From an uncultured delta proteobacterium (GTDB lineage: Bacteria; Desulfobacterota; Desulfobacteria; Desulfobacterales; SG8-13), in contig CAWKCK010000002.1 in assembly GCA_963848135.1 (NCBI GenBank), positions 372,001-436,000 of the forward strand: 64,000 bases of DNA, given 5' to 3'. The translations under genes were made by a program, and so were the position numbers. Shown here one piece after another: positions 60,941 through 64,000 of this stretch; within the stretch, counting starts at the first letter, position 1, and each line of letters begins with the position of its first letter. The notes below the pieces were generated by a model that saw only the letters and a list, made by a program, of their open reading frames with translations, searched no databases and had not been told where the DNA came from.

Positions 60941-61696
60941 TTATTTCACTCCACGTTCCTTTTTGATCTCATCGTATGCGTTTTGTATTTCTCGAAACTT
61001 TTCCTGGGCGAACTTGGTAAATTCTTCCGGCAGGCCTTTAGAAACAATCCTGTCCGGGTGATACTCCATAACAAGCTTGCGATAACGGCTCTTTATTTCC
61101 TCGTCGGAATCTTCGGGCCTGACACCCAGAATGGCGTAATACTTACCCGCGGTTTGGATGTATCTCGACCGGAGCTGTTGATAGGCGGCTTCATTGAACC
61201 CAAAGATTTTCACAGCCGACATGATCATGCTTTCCTCGCGGGGAGACATCTCGCCGTCTGCCACGGATACCCGCAGCAGGATATCGATCATCAGCTCCAG
61301 TAGCTGTGGTTGCGAATGAAACTGGCCATAAAACTGTGAGGCAAACTCTTCAAAAGTGTTTGAAGAATCCACCGCCGCTTGAAAGATGTTCATTGCCACC
61401 ATGCGGCTGTATGGATCGAGATTCAAATCTTGCAGCATGAATCGGTTAATCGCATCTATTTCGCCTTGCGTGATCCGGCCGTCCACCTTGGCGAGTTTTG
61501 CCAACATCGAGAATGCGGCCACGAAAAAAGTGAGTTGCGCCTCTTGGCCAGGACGAGGCTGCACGGCACCCGCCGGTTCGACGTCGTGGCTGCTTTTGTC
61601 GAAAGCATGGCCGAAGGCCGCCCCGGCAATGGCTCCCAGTGGCCCCCCAAGGGCAAAACCAATTGTCCCCCCCACAAGTTTTCCTATCCAACCCAT
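60941..61696 (-). CDS. djlA: DnaJ-like membrane co-chaperone (TerB + J domain)
   Basis: MGWIGKLVGG..GGPLGA..G...GHAFD; AKVDGRI; YHPD J-domain. Confidence 0.9.
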   Translation of the reverse strand: MGWIGKLVGGTIGFALGGPLGAIAGAAFGHAFDKSSHDVEPAGAVQPRPGQEAQLTFFVAAFSMLAKLAKVDGRITQGEIDAINRFMLQDLNLDPYSRMVAMNIFQAAVDSSNTFEEFASQFYGQFHSQPQLLELMIDILLRVSVADGEMSPREESMIMSAVKIFGFNEAAYQQLRSRYIQTAGKYYAILGVRPEDSDEEIKSRYRKLVMEYHPDRIVSKGLPEEFTKFAQEKFREIQNAYDEIKKERGVK

Positions 61697-62005
61697 AAAT
61701 CATCGATCTCCAGATTGTTTCAAACACCGATTCGCATTGCTATCCGGAATTTGATTTAAAAAGCGGTATAACCTTCAACGCTTCAAATGTTCAAGAAAAA
61801 AGGTGAAATAACCCAATGAATTTGAGGTAATTTCCCCATTTGTTTTGATTCCTGGCCAAACTCAATACAGGAAAATCACGTACTAACCAATAGATATTCC
61901 ATAGTTTTTAATAGTCAGGATCAAATTGGCATACCCTTTGAAGTGCATATAGCGTGTCAGCTCAGTATTACGCACCTCATCTTTTACGGTAACACGGAGG
62001 GAAAA

Positions 62006-62209
62006 ATGAGGAGATTTAAGGATAAATACGCAGCGGGTGGTCATCATTTGCATGAGCCGTTTACGATCCAAACGACACTCTATGAGTTGATCGAAACAGT
62101 GATCGATGTCGTCGGACCGGACAGAAATCAAATAATCATGGCTGTATTACTTGACACGCTACGAAAAGGTCGTTCCAATGTAAAAGTATCCGGAACAATT
62201 ACAAATTGA
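62006..62209 (+). CDS. Small hypothetical protein
   Basis: GGAGG RBS before ATG 62006; TTLYELIETV motif; possible non-consensus sigma-54 site TGGCATACCCTTTGAA at 61927. Confidence 0.55.
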   Translation: MRRFKDKYAAGGHHLHEPFTIQTTLYELIETVIDVVGPDRNQIIMAVLLDTLRKGRSNVKVSGTITN

Positions 62210-62521
62210 AATTGATACAGCTTCCTGTCTTGACCAGGTAGGATAAGGTCCTTATTATCTCTCCCCAGAGTACTTTAGCGCGTGCAACCATTACGTCGCT
62301 GTAAAATTCAGAATTCAAAACCCCGACCATTATCCCCAAGCTTGTCCAATGGTATCTGATGATTGGTCATCAGTTTTGCCGCTAATCGGCTGCTGCCGCA
62401 AACGATTCAGCGCTCATAACCTTAATTGCCGAACACTCCGCAGGCGGGTAGAGAAACGGGGATATGGAAAGGTAAAAACAAATAAACCCACTGTATGTAC
62501 AGCAGGTTTGAGAAATATAGG

Positions 62522-62608
62522 TGGTGCCGAAGGGGAGACTCGAACTCCCACCACCGTACGGTGACTAGACCCTGAACCTAGCGCGTCTACCAGTTCCGCC
62601 ACTTCGGC
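62522..62608 (-). tRNA. tRNA-Leu(CAG)
   Basis: GCCGAAGTGGCGGAACTGGTAGACGCG-CTAGG-TTCAGGG-TCTAG, long variable arm, GTTCGAGTC...TTCGGCACCA. Confidence 0.96.
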
Positions 62609-62706
62609 CTGAATCCTTAAAAAGATTGATTATTTATCAAGGTTGGAATAAGTATACCCATTTAAATTCTCTGTCAAGCGATAATTCAACCTGAGCTATA
62701 CCTTGC

Positions 62707-63659
62707 ATGAAGATCATCAGAAGCCTGAAAGACGTCGACCAACCCTTTAAAAGTGCGGTTGTTACGATTGGAAATTTTGACGGGGTTCACCTGGGCCACC
62801 AAGCTCTCATCCATGAAGTCATTGATAAAGCCGTGTCGATCTCCGGGACATCCATGGCAATGACTTTTGAACCGCACCCCATACGGGTGCTGAATGGTGG
62901 CAACCACCCGCCCTTGATAACCATGCTTGATCAGAAAATTGAACTTATCGAGAGGATGGATCTGGATGTATTGGTTGTCATCCCCTTTACGCGTGAGTTT
63001 GCCGCCCTCAGTCCACGAGCTTTCGTGGAAGACATCCTCATCAGAAGACTCGGCATGGTCACAATTGTCGTCGGAAAAGATTACACGTTTGGCCGCAACC
63101 GTGAGGGTACTGTCGGGATGTTGAAAACATTTGCCGAATTGTTCGATTTCGAGCTCGTGCTCGCGGACTGGATCGGCGCACACAGGGCCCCCGAGGGGCG
63201 TATTAGCAGCACTAGGATCCGGGATTTGGTACTTGAAGGCAACGTTTTAGACGTTCAGCCTCTTCTTGGTCGCTACTACCAGGTCAGGGGGACCGTTTCA
63301 ACCGGCAGGGACAGGGGGGGAAACTTTTAGGATTCCCCACGGCCAACATCAATTTGCAGGATGAATTATGTCCCAAAACGGGTGTTTACGCAGTAACCGT
63401 CGAGTGCGGCCTTGAATTCTTCGATGGCGTTGCCAATATCGGCTACAGCCCGACATTCGACGATCACCTTTTTACCGTTGAGGTTCACATTCTTGATTTC
63501 AATCGCAATATCTACGGCCAGAATATGCGGGTGAATTTCATCCAAAGGATTCGAGATGAACTGAAATTTTCCAGCGTTTCAGACCTGGCGGAACAAATCA
63601 AAAGGGATGTCATTGAAGCACGCGAAATATTATCCCATACGGTGCACATCAAACGATGA
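62707..63659 (+). CDS. ribF: Bifunctional riboflavin kinase / FAD synthetase, frameshift in the G7 run 63314-63320
   Basis: IGNFDGVHLGHQ, TFEPHP, ISSTRIR. Adding one G restores RGGKLLGFPTAN...GVY...NIGYSPTF...VEVHILDF. Confidence 0.93.
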
Positions 63660-63684
63660 CCTTAAGCAGACAAAGCAAGGGCGG

Positions 63685-64000
63685 ATGAACAAAAATCTTG
63701 GTTTTTCTATGCTTATCGGAACAACGGTTTCTCTTATTGCCCTTTATTTCGCCTTCCGTAATATCCCATTCAACGATCTCTGGACCTATCTGCTGTCTAT
63801 CAACTACCTTTGGATCTTCCCGACCATTGCCGTTATTCTCATTGTATTCATCCTGAGGGCTGTCAGGTGGGGCTACATCCTTGCATCGGTACACCCTGTC
63901 GGATTTTGGCAGGCCTTCCACCCCCTGATGATCGGTTTCATGGTTAATTGCATACTTCCGGGCCGGGTGGGTGAAGTTGCAAGACCGATCGTATTAAATC
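63685..64000 (+). CDS. Lysylphosphatidylglycerol synthase TM / flippase-like (UPF0104) protein, partial
   Basis: MNKNLGFS...LRAVRW...IGFMVNCILPGRVGEVARP, open at the window end. Confidence 0.8.
   Translation, partial: MNKNLGFSMLIGTTVSLIALYFAFRNIPFNDLWTYLLSINYLWIFPTIAVILIVFILRAVRWGYILASVHPVGFWQAFHPLMIGFMVNCILPGRVGEVARPIVLN

Overview
The window looks like chromosome from a sulfate-reducer-like deltaproteobacterium (Desulfobacterales-like gene content; taxonomy is inferred). It contains housekeeping genes (tadA, purA, mnmA, mtaB, clpS, djlA, ribF, two M3 oligoendopeptidases, sat-cysC), three tRNAs (Arg-ACG, Pro-CGG, Leu-CAG) and several c-di-GMP genes (PilZ, HD-GYP). The main feature is a ~28 kb, 13-gene minus-strand operon (18529-46530) next to tRNA-Pro. 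It is preceded by a near-consensus sigma-54 promoter and a c-di-GMP-I riboswitch. It encodes a ~3700-aa DUF11-repeat surface protein, a 1703-aa OmpA-domain/probable beta-barrel protein, three TPR proteins, two small exported proteins, two ExbB/TolQ, two ExbD/TolR, a TonB/AgmX-like protein and a Pal-like lipoprotein. This resembles the core of the myxobacterial Agl-Glt motor coupled to a giant adhesin and is a candidate PMF-driven export or adhesion system. The ORF track also misses a UxxC DsbA/FrnE selenoprotein, a candidate ~110-nt sRNA and palindromic MITE/REP-like elements. Four single-base frameshifts in the last 11 kb are probably sequencing errors. All calls come from motif recognition; no database searches were run.
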